From positions 1-64,000 of the forward strand of contig JBIKUX010000013.1 in the NCBI GenBank assembly GCA_044347345.1: 64,000 nt of DNA. Reading direction: 5' to 3'. A model generated the notes under the pieces. It did not search any database, was not told where the DNA came from, and was given only the letters and a program-made list of their open reading frames with translations. This DNA comes from Bdellovibrionota bacterium. Lineage in GTDB: Bacteria; Bdellovibrionota_C; UBA2361; JBIKUX01. Position numbers and translations under genes: made by a program. Positions 48,544 through 59,010 of the stretch are shown here, one piece after another; position 1 is the stretch's first letter, and each line of letters begins with the position of its first letter.

Positions 48544-50172
48544 CTACGAGCCACTAAAAACCTGCGAATATACGATGTAAGTCTGAGCCAATATGATCTT
48601 AAGGATCAAACTGATTGGATACACTGCGGTGTAGGAAAGAGCTGGAAGGTCACTTTGAGTTCTCTCTCGTAACGTAGCAAAACCTGCAGCGTTATTCATC
48701 ACTCCGCATATAAAACCCAAAGTAGCGAGCAAATTCTCTCGAAAAAAAATATGAGAAATAATAAACGTAGTTACAACGCAAATGAGAGAAGTAAAAGTTC
48801 CCGCAAAAAAAATTGTGGCTCCATCTTTTAAAACCTCAGCAAGAGGACCTGAACCTCCAAATGTTCCAGCAGCAGCTAAAAATAGCATGAGACCAAACTC
48901 TCTGCACAGATTCTTTGCCGCTTGAGGGACATACATCGAGATATTACCTATATGACCAAAATGACCGATAACGACACTGGTAAGGAACGCTCCTCCGGCA
49001 AGACCAAGCCTAACAGTTATGTCTCCTGGTAGTGATATCGGCAAAGATCCAATGATGACAGCTAAAAGTAAGCCACCTAAAAAAGGCAACATGCTTGTTT
49101 CGTCTACAATATGCTTCTTGGATGCAAATTCAGATACAAACCTTTGTACATTCTCTGCTTTGCCTACAATTCTTACTTGATCACCGATATCTAAAGATGT
49201 TGTCCCTCGTGCTACAAAAGTTACTGCTTGTCTTCTAACACTAAGAATCAGTACATCGAAACTATCAAATATTCTAAGCTCTCCAAGAGTTTTTCCGACA
49301 AGTGCCGTATTACTAATTTCAACATCAATCAAGGTAACACTTCTATCCAGCTCTCGAGGAGGTTTGGTTTCTTCTCCAATTAAAATCTGCATATTCTCAA
49401 AGTCGGTTGTTTGTCCAACTATTGATAAAATATCCCCTAATTCAATTTTGAGCTCAGGCTCAGCGAGTAGTGTTTTCCCCTCTCTTATAACGGTTGAAAT
49501 ATTAAGTTGGTTACGTTGGCGAGTATTTAATTCTCGTAAAGTTTTGCCACTACAATTTGGATTAGTAACTTTTAAATGTCGCAGAACTACCAAAGGCTCA
49601 ATCTGTCTTCTAGATCTAACCCACAAGCGGTCTGCTTGCTCTAAACTGATGCCTAGTAATCTTGGTAATATCTGCATAGCTACGACAACTATAAGCATAG
49701 CAAATGGGTAAACTAACCCATAACTGAGAGAGGCATCAGCTTGTGCTGTCGGGGTGCCGATGGTCATAGCATCAAGAGCTGCCGCTAAGGAAGATGTATT
49801 TGTAAGACCTCCCGAAAAAATACCAACGCTAATTTCATTTCTCAGGTTAAAAAATGATGACATCACAAGAACTACAAGCAGAGATATCACCGGTGGTACA
49901 GTGGCGATGATAATTATCTTGCTTCCGGAATGTTTTAATGTTCTGAAAAAGCGTGGCCCTGCTTGAAGACCTACTGCATAAACAAAAAGTAATAAACCTA
50001 TTTCGAAAACAACTCTGTTAAGTTGATATCCATAGGAGCCAAAGATAAGTGCAGTAAAAAGAACTCCTAATGACCCGAGTGAAAACCCAGCAATTTTAAT
50101 TCGGCCTAAAACTGTGCCAAAAAACAATATGATGCACAGGAGAAGCAAATTTGAAGAGTCAGAGGAGCTCAT
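48544..50172 (-). CDS. AspT/YidE/YbjL-family antiporter with two TrkA-C domains
   Basis: GLLLFVYAVGLQAGP.FF, G...G.LTNT.SLAAA, Y...YP duplicated; central RCK-C domains. Confidence 0.9.
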   Translation of the reverse strand: MSSSDSSNLLLLCIILFFGTVLGRIKIAGFSLGSLGVLFTALIFGSYGYQLNRVVFEIGLLLFVYAVGLQAGPRFFRTLKHSGSKIIIIATVPPVISLLVVLVMSSFFNLRNEISVGIFSGGLTNTSSLAAALDAMTIGTPTAQADASLSYGLVYPFAMLIVVVAMQILPRLLGISLEQADRLWVRSRRQIEPLVVLRHLKVTNPNCSGKTLRELNTRQRNQLNISTVIREGKTLLAEPELKIELGDILSIVGQTTDFENMQILIGEETKPPRELDRSVTLIDVEISNTALVGKTLGELRIFDSFDVLILSVRRQAVTFVARGTTSLDIGDQVRIVGKAENVQRFVSEFASKKHIVDETSMLPFLGGLLLAVIIGSLPISLPGDITVRLGLAGGAFLTSVVIGHFGHIGNISMYVPQAAKNLCREFGLMLFLAAAGTFGGSGPLAEVLKDGATIFFAGTFTSLICVVTTFIISHIFFRENLLATLGFICGVMNNAAGFATLRERTQSDLPALSYTAVYPISLILKIILAQTYIVYSQVFSGS

Positions 50173-50294
50173 GATGTAGTCTGAAAGTAGTATTTATTCT
50201 ATTGGTATAAAAGAGTTATCGTTGTTTATAAAACTAAACTCATTCATTTTTATTATTTTCTATTAATTTTAGCGATATCTTTCAATTTATATCT

Positions 50295-51737
50295 CTAAGA
50301 GCAATGTGGTTTATGAGCTACCCGAAGAAATTCCGTAACAGACACTCTCTGAAATTCCTCTGGATTTTCCCACCAAAATATTAACTTTTCAGCTCGCAAT
50401 GGAGAGTATACAGATTTTAAGGCAGCTAAAATTTTTTCTCTTAAATATGGATGTCCTTCCGAACGTCTTCGCTTATGTCCTATTGGATATTCAACTATAA
50501 CTTTTTCTGTCGCGGTTCCATCAGTGAAAAAAACTTGAACGCTGTTAGCAATGCTGCGCCGAGTAGGGTCGTAGTAACCTTCAGTAAATTGCTCATTCTC
50601 GTCCACAATCATTCGACTTCTAAGAAAATCTATCCGTGGGTCGGCTGCTACTTCATCGGTGTAATCTAGTTCAGTTAAATTTCCTTTGAGAAGAGCTATT
50701 GCTACTATATATTGAATACAGTGATCACGATCAGCTGGATTTCTTAGCTCTCCTGTTTTTGAAATTATCCTCTTACCTGGCTCTTGAGTGTAAATTTCTA
50801 TTCGCTCGATTTGATCTATTTTAGATGCGACAAAAGGATAAAGTTCTATGGCGCATTCAATAGCCGTCTGAGAATGAAACTCAGCCGGAAAAGCTATTTT
50901 AAGTAAAATGTTTTCCGCTACGTAAGATCCAAATTCACGAGAAATTGTGATAGGTTTACCCCTAAGTATTACGTCATTGAACCCCCACTTTGGTGTAGAT
51001 AACACTCTGGGATAACCTTGTTGTTTGCCCTGTAGAATTAAATAGGCAAGACGAACTGCGCGACTTGTTGCATCTCCAGCGGCCCAAGATTTTCGAGGCC
51101 CAGTGTTTGGATAATGTCTATATGTCCTAAGACTGTTTCCGTCAAGCCATACATGTGACAGTGCTTGCTCTATATCTTGCTTAGAACCACCAAACAGCTC
51201 AGTAGCTATTGCTACTGAAGCTAACTTTACTAAAATTACATGGTCTATACCAACTTCATTAAAAGAATTATTAAGAGCTAGTACGCCTTGAATTTCATAA
51301 GCTTTCACAGCTCGCAACAAAATATCAGCCATAATATATGGTGCTTTACCGGCTGATAGCGCTACACGACTTACGTAGTCACTAACGGCTAGTATCGCTC
51401 CAAAATTATCTGACGGATGACCCCATTCAGCAGCAAGCCATGTATCGTTAAAATCTAGCCAGCGAATTAAGGTGCCTATTGCAAAAGCACTTTGAACGGG
51501 ATCCAATATAAATGGGGTTGCAAAAACTCGCGAGCCATTTGTCACATTAATCTCAGAACTAATTGGACTAATTACAGCCATGCATTCCGATACTTTGGTA
51601 GCTAAAGCGGCACAAGCAAGGCTATCAAATAAACAGTGGTGAACCATAGCCAATGCTTCTGCTGTTGGGATAAATGATTTTGATGATGCATATTGCGCTA
51701 TAGCTACCAGTTCTTGGTCATATTTAAGAGTAGCCAT
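50295..51737 (-). CDS. prpD: 2-methylcitrate dehydratase
   Basis: RWLDFNDTWLAAEWGHPSDN, YRH.PNTGPRKSWAAGDA, FPAEFH.QTA, NPADRDHC.QY. Confidence 0.97.
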   Translation of the reverse strand: MATLKYDQELVAIAQYASSKSFIPTAEALAMVHHCLFDSLACAALATKVSECMAVISPISSEINVTNGSRVFATPFILDPVQSAFAIGTLIRWLDFNDTWLAAEWGHPSDNFGAILAVSDYVSRVALSAGKAPYIMADILLRAVKAYEIQGVLALNNSFNEVGIDHVILVKLASVAIATELFGGSKQDIEQALSHVWLDGNSLRTYRHYPNTGPRKSWAAGDATSRAVRLAYLILQGKQQGYPRVLSTPKWGFNDVILRGKPITISREFGSYVAENILLKIAFPAEFHSQTAIECAIELYPFVASKIDQIERIEIYTQEPGKRIISKTGELRNPADRDHCIQYIVAIALLKGNLTELDYTDEVAADPRIDFLRSRMIVDENEQFTEGYYDPTRRSIANSVQVFFTDGTATEKVIVEYPIGHKRRRSEGHPYLREKILAALKSVYSPLRAEKLIFWWENPEEFQRVSVTEFLRVAHKPHCS

Positions 51738-51868
51738 AATTTCTCCTATATTTTTTTAATCTGAATTGATCAGATTAATTCTTAACTTATGAATGCTCCG
51801 GATCTAAAATGTGTAAAAATCCCGACCTACTCATTTCTGTCATAAAAAATTAAGGTAAGGTTTATATG

Positions 51869-53011
51869 TCATGGGCGTTTAGATAATGGCACTACTTGTC
51901 TTTCAGGCGGGCCAACATATTCTGCGCTTGGCCTGATAATTCTATTATTAAGCCGTTGCTCTAATATATGAGCGCACCAACCAGCTATGCGCGAACAAAC
52001 AAAAATTGGAGTGAATAATTTTGTCGGTATTCCCATAAAATGGTAAGCAGACGCATGATAGAAATCAGCGTTTGGGAATAATTTTTTTTGCTGCCATAGC
52101 AATGCTTCAATAGCTTCAGAAATTTCATAAAGATGGGATTCAGGATGTTGTATTGAAAGTTTCTTTGCAAAACTTTTTATAACTGCACTTCTTGGGTCAC
52201 TAGTTCGGTAGATCGCATGACCAAAACCCATTATTTTTTGTTTATTTCTGAGTAAAATCTCAACTCCTGATACTGCCTCTTCTGGAGATGAAAACTGGCT
52301 AATTAGTTCCATTGCTTTCTCATTAGCTCCTCCGTGCAGAGAACCTCTTAGTGTTCCTATTGCAGCTGTGATTGCTGAATAAATATCTGATAAAGTTGAT
52401 GCGCATACTCGTGCCGCAAAGGTAGAAGCGTTAAATTCATGTTCGGCATACAGAATAAGGGAAGCGTTCAATACTGAAACATGTTCAGGATTTGGTTTAT
52501 CGCAAAGAAGGAGAAGTCTTAAAAAATGACCGGCAAGGGATGTTTCTTCACTTGTCGTGGAAATCCGTTTATTGTGATGCGAGAAGTGATACCAATAAAG
52601 AAGCATGGCAGGAAGTGTAGCTAATAGCCTCTCAGCTACTGCAAATAAAGAAACTGAAAATAAAGAAGATGGGTTTGTCTCAAAAAAATCTTCCTCCGGC
52701 TCCAAGCTACCTAGCACAGAACAGCCAGTTCTTAAAACATCCATCGGATGACTAGATTTAGGCAGCTCCTCTAGCACTTTACACAAGATCGGTGGCAGAG
52801 ATCTTTTCTCTATTAAAGAAGCACTAAAACTACTAAGCTCACTTGAATTGGGCAAATCTCCCTTAATTAGAAGATAAGCTATTTCCTCAAAAGAAGTCGT
52901 AAGTGCTAGTTCGGTTACATCGTATCCACGGTATCGCAAACCGTTTTCCTCTGCGCCGACTGTTGCAATTGCGGTTGTCCCTGCAACTATTCCTCGCAAG
53001 CCTTCGCTCAT
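51869..53011 (-). CDS. prpC: 2-methylcitrate synthase
   Basis: GLRG..AG.T, LYAEHEFNASTF, LHGGANE, MGFGH, FPNADFY; lies between prpB and prpD. Confidence 0.95.
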   Translation of the reverse strand: MSEGLRGIVAGTTAIATVGAEENGLRYRGYDVTELALTTSFEEIAYLLIKGDLPNSSELSSFSASLIEKRSLPPILCKVLEELPKSSHPMDVLRTGCSVLGSLEPEEDFFETNPSSLFSVSLFAVAERLLATLPAMLLYWYHFSHHNKRISTTSEETSLAGHFLRLLLLCDKPNPEHVSVLNASLILYAEHEFNASTFAARVCASTLSDIYSAITAAIGTLRGSLHGGANEKAMELISQFSSPEEAVSGVEILLRNKQKIMGFGHAIYRTSDPRSAVIKSFAKKLSIQHPESHLYEISEAIEALLWQQKKLFPNADFYHASAYHFMGIPTKLFTPIFVCSRIAGWCAHILEQRLNNRIIRPSAEYVGPPERQVVPLSKRP

Positions 53012-53097
53012 CGCTATCCTTCTATGTTATCATTACTCTAAACAAAGTGGTGTTTGGTTAATTGTCTGTTTTGCTGATGTGTTAATTCGTCACTATG

Positions 53098-53991
53098 TTA
53101 CGACGCCTCAATCTTAGTTTTCTGTGCGCTTAGCTCATCAAGATAATTTTCTGATTCGTGATACTTGATTACTTCGTATAGCTCTGAGCGAGTTTGCATC
53201 AATGGTAAAAGTTCACTTTGTGTTCCTCGAGCGCGTAAAGTTTCATAGACCGCAAGTGCAGACTTACTCATTACGCGAAAAGCAGTTAAGGGATAAAGAG
53301 CCATTCTCACGCCAACGCTCCCAAGCTCGCCCAGAGAGAAGAGGGGAGTCTGACCAAACTCAGTTAAATTTGCTAAAACTGGCACCTTACATCGCAAAAC
53401 AAACTCTCGGTACTCATCAAGACTCTTAACTGCTTCAGGGAAAATAGCATCAGCACCACATTCAACATAAAATTGAGCGCGCTCCAAGGCTACCTGTAAG
53501 CCCTCAAGAGCTAAAGCATCAGTTCTTGCGATAACAAAAAGTGAAGAGCTAGTGCGAGAATCAACTATGGCCTTGAGCCGAGAACCCATTTCTTCTGGTG
53601 CTACCACCTCTTTATTGGGTCTATGTCCACACCGTTTAGCCTGTATTTGGTCTTCAATCTGAAGCGCGCTAACGTTACACCTCTCAGCAGATTTTACCAC
53701 TCTCTTGATTGTTAATGCATTCCCCCAACCGGTATCGATATCAACTAAAAGTGGTACATCTACAACATCAGTTATTCGCTGAGCTTCCCCGAATACCTCG
53801 GTAAAAGTTGTCAATCCTAAATCTGGAAGACCAAAAGCGTTCACTGAAACACCACTACCGGACAAATAGAGGGCTTTCATACCAGCCTTTACAGCTAGCA
53901 AAGCTGTGTAAGCGTTAGTCACTCCGGGAATTTGAAGAGGAGACTCAGCTATTAAGGCTTCATTAAATGTCTTGCGCATAATTTTAAACAA
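53098..53991 (-). CDS. prpB: Methylisocitrate lyase
   Basis: GLPDLG, VDIDTGWG, IEDQ..AKRCGHRPNK, ARTDA, LANLTEFG.TP. Confidence 0.96.
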   Translation of the reverse strand: MFKIMRKTFNEALIAESPLQIPGVTNAYTALLAVKAGMKALYLSGSGVSVNAFGLPDLGLTTFTEVFGEAQRITDVVDVPLLVDIDTGWGNALTIKRVVKSAERCNVSALQIEDQIQAKRCGHRPNKEVVAPEEMGSRLKAIVDSRTSSSLFVIARTDALALEGLQVALERAQFYVECGADAIFPEAVKSLDEYREFVLRCKVPVLANLTEFGQTPLFSLGELGSVGVRMALYPLTAFRVMSKSALAVYETLRARGTQSELLPLMQTRSELYEVIKYHESENYLDELSAQKTKIEAS

Positions 53992-54241
53992 TCTCCACCC
54001 TGCCTTAGTATAAGACTTCTATTAAAAGATATTGGCAAGACTACCTTTTAGGCAAATCACTTTTTAGTCTATTAGAGCTTACTTTTGGTGAGCTTGAGAG
54101 TAATAAATAAAGCTGTTAACCTTTTTGTATTTGTTTTACCTTCTGGCTATAAAACTAATAAAAGTAATTAGTATTTAGTAACAGCTTAGCAGTTAAAAAT
54201 AGTTTTCTAGCGAAAAGCTACCTAGTAAGGAAAGTACCCAA

Positions 54242-55564
54242 ATGGAAAGAAACCAGACCGTCGTCATTTCTCCTCGACGCTCTGCTCGAATCAAAGGTGC
54301 TAGTAGAGGGCGTGGAACATTACGACCAAGCAACCTTAATATTTCTTCGTCTAAAAATATTTCTTCGTCTAAATCTCGTGGAACAACGAGGGGGTCATCT
54401 GAACCAACAACAGTATCATCAGAAACAGTAGCATCAGAAAGAGTTGAGAGCAGTAAAGAGAGTTTTACTGAATCACTTGCAAGCGACACCATAAAGGTCA
54501 GAAAAATTATCCACATTAATATGGATAATTTGTATGCTGCAATTGAACAAAGAGATAATCCAACTCAGTTACTCGGTAAGCCAGTTATTGTGGGAAGAGA
54601 GGATTTAGGAGAGCGCAGTGTAGTGTGTTCCGTGAGTAAAGAGGGTGCCAATTACGGAATTCACAATTCCATGCCAATTAAACTTGCTATAGCTCGGTGC
54701 CCTAACGTGATAGTCGTACCTCCACGTTTTGCGGTATACCAAAAAGTATCTCAGCAAATTTTAGGCATTCTCAAAGAATACAGCCCATTTGTTGAACCCC
54801 TTGAACTTGTTGAAGCTTATATTGAGGTTACTGACTCTCCGAAAGGATTAACCTCGGCAACTTTACTTGCAAAGGAAATTAAACAAAGAATATTGCAATC
54901 GACCGGTCTGATTTGCTCGATAGGAGTGTCAAATAATAAATTTGTTGCCAAAGCCGCCAGTAGTTTGGGTAAACCAGATGGCCTTGTAGTCGTTCCTCCA
55001 AATAAAGTTTGTGAATTTTTGGAGCAACTTCCAATTCATAATTTTCATGGTATCAGTAAAACAACGACAGAACGATTTTTACAACGAGGTGTAAAAAATG
55101 GGCTTGATTTAAAAAGGATCTCTGAATTAGAGCTCCGTCAGAATTTCGGCAAACTAGGCTATTTTTTGTATTATTTAGTCCGAGGTAAAGATAACAGGTC
55201 TATAATTGCAAACCGCGAACAGAAATCACTTTATGCCGGGTTTACCTTTGTTCATGAAGAAAAAGTGCTCAATATTATTGAGGGTAAACTACTTGAGCTC
55301 ACTGAACTTGTGACCGAAAAACTGAATTATCTTGACCGAGGCGCTAAATGTGTGGTTGTCAAGATAACAAACTCATTATTTATCACACGTTCTCGCCGGC
55401 TTTCTTTTGCTACCTCGACCATAAACTGTGAGGATCTTAGCCGAGCCGCTCGATTTTGTTTACTTGCTCTGATTCAACCCAATGAGAGCATTCATCGTAT
55501 TGGTGTTAGTTTAACTAACTTAGCCGAGCGGCCAAAATATCAGCAATTGAGCATTTTTGGCTAA
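54242..55564 (+). CDS. dinB: DinB (Pol IV)-like Y-family protein with substituted catalytic residues
   Basis: Full DinB fold (RKIIH...AAIEQRDNP, NKFVAK.AS...KPDGL, little finger, QLSIF tail), but HINMD and LELVEAY replace HVDMD and LSLDEAY. Confidence 0.85.
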   Translation: MERNQTVVISPRRSARIKGASRGRGTLRPSNLNISSSKNISSSKSRGTTRGSSEPTTVSSETVASERVESSKESFTESLASDTIKVRKIIHINMDNLYAAIEQRDNPTQLLGKPVIVGREDLGERSVVCSVSKEGANYGIHNSMPIKLAIARCPNVIVVPPRFAVYQKVSQQILGILKEYSPFVEPLELVEAYIEVTDSPKGLTSATLLAKEIKQRILQSTGLICSIGVSNNKFVAKAASSLGKPDGLVVVPPNKVCEFLEQLPIHNFHGISKTTTERFLQRGVKNGLDLKRISELELRQNFGKLGYFLYYLVRGKDNRSIIANREQKSLYAGFTFVHEEKVLNIIEGKLLELTELVTEKLNYLDRGAKCVVVKITNSLFITRSRRLSFATSTINCEDLSRAARFCLLALIQPNESIHRIGVSLTNLAERPKYQQLSIFG

Positions 55565-55601
55565 TTAGCTGGTATTTAGTAAATCTTTTGTCGTAATTTT
55601 T

Positions 55602-57203
55602 ATGATACGATTTTGTATTCCTCTATTTTTCTCTTTCTTACTATCAATAATTACTTATAGCAATATTGATGAAGATTTGTGGTGGCACCTCAGAGTAGGT
55701 CAATTAATTTACGGTAACGGTGAACTGCCGGCTTTAGATCCGTACTCTTACACGGCGTCATCTGCGCGTTGGATTAACCATGAGTGGTTAAGCGATGTAG
55801 CTATAGCTAAAATTTACAATATTTCAGGAAGCATCGGTCTTTTCTGGCTCAGAGCAATATTAATTATTTGTATAGGAGCATTACTATACCGCCTCGCAAA
55901 ACCTTTCGGTTGGATTGGCATGATAACCGGATGTATTGTTGTCGCCGAATTAGGAAAAGGTCTTGGCACTCGACCTCAGATTTGGACGTATGGCAGCATG
56001 GCCGTCCTTGTTCTAATCTTTGGTTCGTCAGTGCTAATAAATCGTACCAACCTTAGTAGGGTTAGGGTAGGGTGGGGGATGCTACCAGCAGCTCTGCTGT
56101 TCCCTTTTTTTTCGCTTTGGGTAAACATCCACGGTGGTTGGATAGCTGGAGTGGTATTTCTCTTGGGTTTAGCTGGTCATGCCATTCTATTCAATGCACC
56201 GAAGAGAGAGATTTTATTTAGATCCAGCTGGGCGATTTCAGCATTATTGGGAACTTTAATTAACCCCTACGGCACCGAAGTCTATAAATACTTGCTTAAT
56301 GAATTTAGCAGAAATCATCCAATTACCGAGTGGCAACCCATAACTGTTAATTTAAGTGAGCATTTGCCATTTTTGCTTCTTACAATACTTTTTGTAATTT
56401 TACATCTGTACCTGTTCAAGAAAAATTTGCATCGACTGACTCTATACTCTCCGAGTACTGCTCCGCTAAGTTTAGCCGCATTTTTTGCTATTATTTTGGC
56501 TTGGCAAGCTCAACGACATACTCCCTTAGCTGCCTTACTACTTTTTGTACCGATAGCTAGCGGCTTAACTGGCATTGTCGATTCATTTCCGAAAACTTTT
56601 TTTTCTAAGCAGTCAGTTTCGATTTTAAAGATTAGTTTAGTAGCCTTTACACTTTATAAAATTGTTAATGCAGTGTTGTTATTCTCAGTACACTCTGGTC
56701 AGTTGTTCTATTTTAATGATGAATATCCAGAAGAGGCACTGAAACACACCAAGCAGTTAATGACTTCAGGAAAAATGGCAGTACCTCTTGAGTGGGGTGG
56801 CTATGTATTGGCTTTAGCTGGTCCAAATATTAAAATTTCTCTTGATGGTAGGTTCGCAACTCTCTATCCAGAATCAATAGTTGAGGGAAATTTTGCTCTC
56901 TATAACGGGGCAACTGGTTGGGAAGAATACATTCAAAAATTTAAGCCTGACGTCATTCTAGCACCAAACTATCTTCCACATCTGGAAAAAAGCGACAAAT
57001 GGACAGTAAGTTACCGAGACAAAATTTCCACGGTCTATCTTGCGACTGATTCTTTATCCACTGACTCTTTATCTACTGACTCTTTATCTACTGGCTATGT
57101 CCCCAAGAAAGCTTTTAGTCTAGAAAACTCGCCTACCATGACCTTCTCGCATTCGCATTTTCCTCTCAACGAAACTGGAAGACTCGTAATTTTTTCTCCC
57201 TAG
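55602..57203 (+). CDS. Multi-pass membrane protein, GT-C-like (putative lipid-linked glycosyltransferase)
   Basis: DEDLWWHLRVG, DPYSYT, WINHEWL, RPQ, LWVNIHGG, INPYG, EWQP, WGGY and DGR across about 11 TM segments. Confidence 0.65.
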   Translation: MIRFCIPLFFSFLLSIITYSNIDEDLWWHLRVGQLIYGNGELPALDPYSYTASSARWINHEWLSDVAIAKIYNISGSIGLFWLRAILIICIGALLYRLAKPFGWIGMITGCIVVAELGKGLGTRPQIWTYGSMAVLVLIFGSSVLINRTNLSRVRVGWGMLPAALLFPFFSLWVNIHGGWIAGVVFLLGLAGHAILFNAPKREILFRSSWAISALLGTLINPYGTEVYKYLLNEFSRNHPITEWQPITVNLSEHLPFLLLTILFVILHLYLFKKNLHRLTLYSPSTAPLSLAAFFAIILAWQAQRHTPLAALLLFVPIASGLTGIVDSFPKTFFSKQSVSILKISLVAFTLYKIVNAVLLFSVHSGQLFYFNDEYPEEALKHTKQLMTSGKMAVPLEWGGYVLALAGPNIKISLDGRFATLYPESIVEGNFALYNGATGWEEYIQKFKPDVILAPNYLPHLEKSDKWTVSYRDKISTVYLATDSLSTDSLSTDSLSTGYVPKKAFSLENSPTMTFSHSHFPLNETGRLVIFSP

Positions 57204-57276
57204 AGAGAGGGCTCTGTCCTTACAAAAAGAGCCCTGAACGTAAACTCTGAAATAAGTTTTTCTTACTATTACTAGC

Positions 57277-57311
57277 CTCGTCGTACATAATGCCTTTTTA
57301 TGTACGACGAG
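57277..57311. terminator. Perfect 14-bp hairpin between convergent genes, probably a bidirectional terminator
   Basis: ctcgtcgtacataa-tgccttt-ttatgtacgacgag; a second hairpin agggctct...agagccct lies near 57208-57236. Confidence 0.6.
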
Positions 57312-57381
57312 ATTGTAAAACCTCGAGAGAAGATATTAGGTGCTAAGTATTAAGTATTAAGTATTCGGCTTAATTTAACTC

Positions 57382-57948
57382 TTAACGAATAGTTTGATTA
57401 CACAATCCTTTAACGCTACCGATGCACCGTCCGGCATCTTCTACTTTAGCACAACTTTTTTTGTTCAAAGTGAAAAATATCGCAGGTTTACCAGAGCTTT
57501 TAATAGCTTTGCGTCTGAGGCTAGATGTACTCATAGTACAACGGTACCTACCTCCACTGTGGCCATGCGCCACCGCCCACGGACAAGATCCGATTGTTGT
57601 TCCTTTAGAATCTAATATTTTAGCACCTTTAGTTGAGCCAATTCTTGCATTCAAAATTAAAGTAGGCTCCTTTCGAAAACCGACTATTGGGGCCGGATAA
57701 GTACGGCCACCGGCTCTCATTGGAGCTGAATGCTTGTAAATAAATGAACGACCTTTTTTTACATCTAAAATGCGCTCACAACCGCGTTTTACAAGCTCTT
57801 TATACTCACCTTTACCTACCTGTTCTGCTCGATTTAAGCTAAGTGACTTAGCACCACTACTATCACTCTCTTGTGCGTAAACTAAAGAGCCCGGAAGTTT
57901 TACGGCAAAAAGTAATACAAAACATGTAATGATGTTGGTTTTTTTCAT
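57382..57948 (-). CDS. Secreted basic Cys-rich hypothetical protein
   Basis: Signal peptide ending VYAQE; 6 Cys in the mature region; similar to the C-terminal domain of 5324..5950. Confidence 0.7.
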   Translation of the reverse strand: MKKTNIITCFVLLFAVKLPGSLVYAQESDSSGAKSLSLNRAEQVGKGEYKELVKRGCERILDVKKGRSFIYKHSAPMRAGGRTYPAPIVGFRKEPTLILNARIGSTKGAKILDSKGTTIGSCPWAVAHGHSGGRYRCTMSTSSLRRKAIKSSGKPAIFFTLNKKSCAKVEDAGRCIGSVKGLCNQTIR

Positions 57949-58248
57949 TCTTCATCCTCTCTATTTTAGCTAAAATAGCCACTTATTAATCTAGTAGTTA
58001 GCATAATCTCGCCGCTGATTATGCCTAGTGAAATACTCTAACTGCAATAAATTAAATGTTTTTATCCGAAGATTAACCAAAATACTTATTTTTCTCTCAT
58101 TCTCGCTTTTACAACTTAGTTGCGCTAAGCTCCTTACAGAGAAGGCATCTAATTCTAATAATATTCCACCCTGCACTTAGAATTTTAATAATGATGTTTA
58201 AATAATCAGGTTTTGGGCGAATTTATTTTACCAAATTTTACAGGCATA

Positions 58249-58836
58249 ATGAGGCGTTTCCTTAAAAACCATACCATACAGTTACAGTCCGAGTTATCAA
58301 AAAAACTCGGTGAGTGTAACAGTCATTGTGCTTGTGATGGTTCGGGTAATAATCTAGTCGCTGTGGATCAGTCTGACCGAATTGGAATCATTGTTTCTTT
58401 GTTATGCCTTTTTCACTGCGCTGCTCCAGCTATTTGCGCATCTTTTCTGCCAGCTCTAATTGAGGTAAACGGATTACTAGCAAAAGAGTCAGCCGAAGCT
58501 TTAGTTCATTTTTTTTTAGCACCATTAGTGATTTTTACAGCTCTCGTAAGTGCTAAGGCAATTCATCGAAAATGTGCTGAGCATTGCCTATGTAAGCTAG
58601 CTTTTATAACTGGAGCTGCTCTAATTTTTTTAACTGTTGTGTTAGAATGCCTTGGAATAGCCGACAACCTCAAGATTACGGTGGGTAGTGTAATCTTGAG
58701 CACTACAACACTAGAATCGGTCTTAACTGTATCAGCAGGAGTAATTTTAGTTTGTGCCCACCTTCACAGGATTTTTTATCCTTCAAACACAACTATTCCT
58801 ACCAGTAAATATCAGGCAGTAAATATCAAAAATTAG
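58249..58836 (+). CDS. MerC-domain membrane protein
   Basis: DRIGI..S.LC..HC, E..VH and C-terminal E..LTV..G.IL..AH; 4 TM. ORF open from 58213. Confidence 0.75.
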   Translation: MRRFLKNHTIQLQSELSKKLGECNSHCACDGSGNNLVAVDQSDRIGIIVSLLCLFHCAAPAICASFLPALIEVNGLLAKESAEALVHFFLAPLVIFTALVSAKAIHRKCAEHCLCKLAFITGAALIFLTVVLECLGIADNLKITVGSVILSTTTLESVLTVSAGVILVCAHLHRIFYPSNTTIPTSKYQAVNIKN

Positions 58837-58900
58837 CTAGTTAAATAGAGCGCTATTAACTGGCTTGCAAAAAGTATCACTAGCTGATATCCACGTGGTC

Positions 58901-58996
58901 GTTCCTAGGGGAGGCTACCAGCCTGAGATGCGAGTATAATTGCTACGCGAACCCTTATTTTTTAAACCTGATTCGGATAATGCCGACGTAGGAAAG
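58901..58996 (+). ncRNA. TPP riboswitch
   Basis: CTAGGGGAG...GCCTGAGA...ACCC...AACCTGAT.CGGATAATGCCGACGTAGGAA; P1 pairs ttcct/aggaa. Confidence 0.93.
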
Positions 58997-59010
58997 GGGC
59001 CATAAAATAT

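Noticed and set aside
58186-58206. Fur/Zur-like box upstream of the MerC-domain gene
   Set aside because: Only about half the positions match the Fur consensus, in AT-rich DNA.
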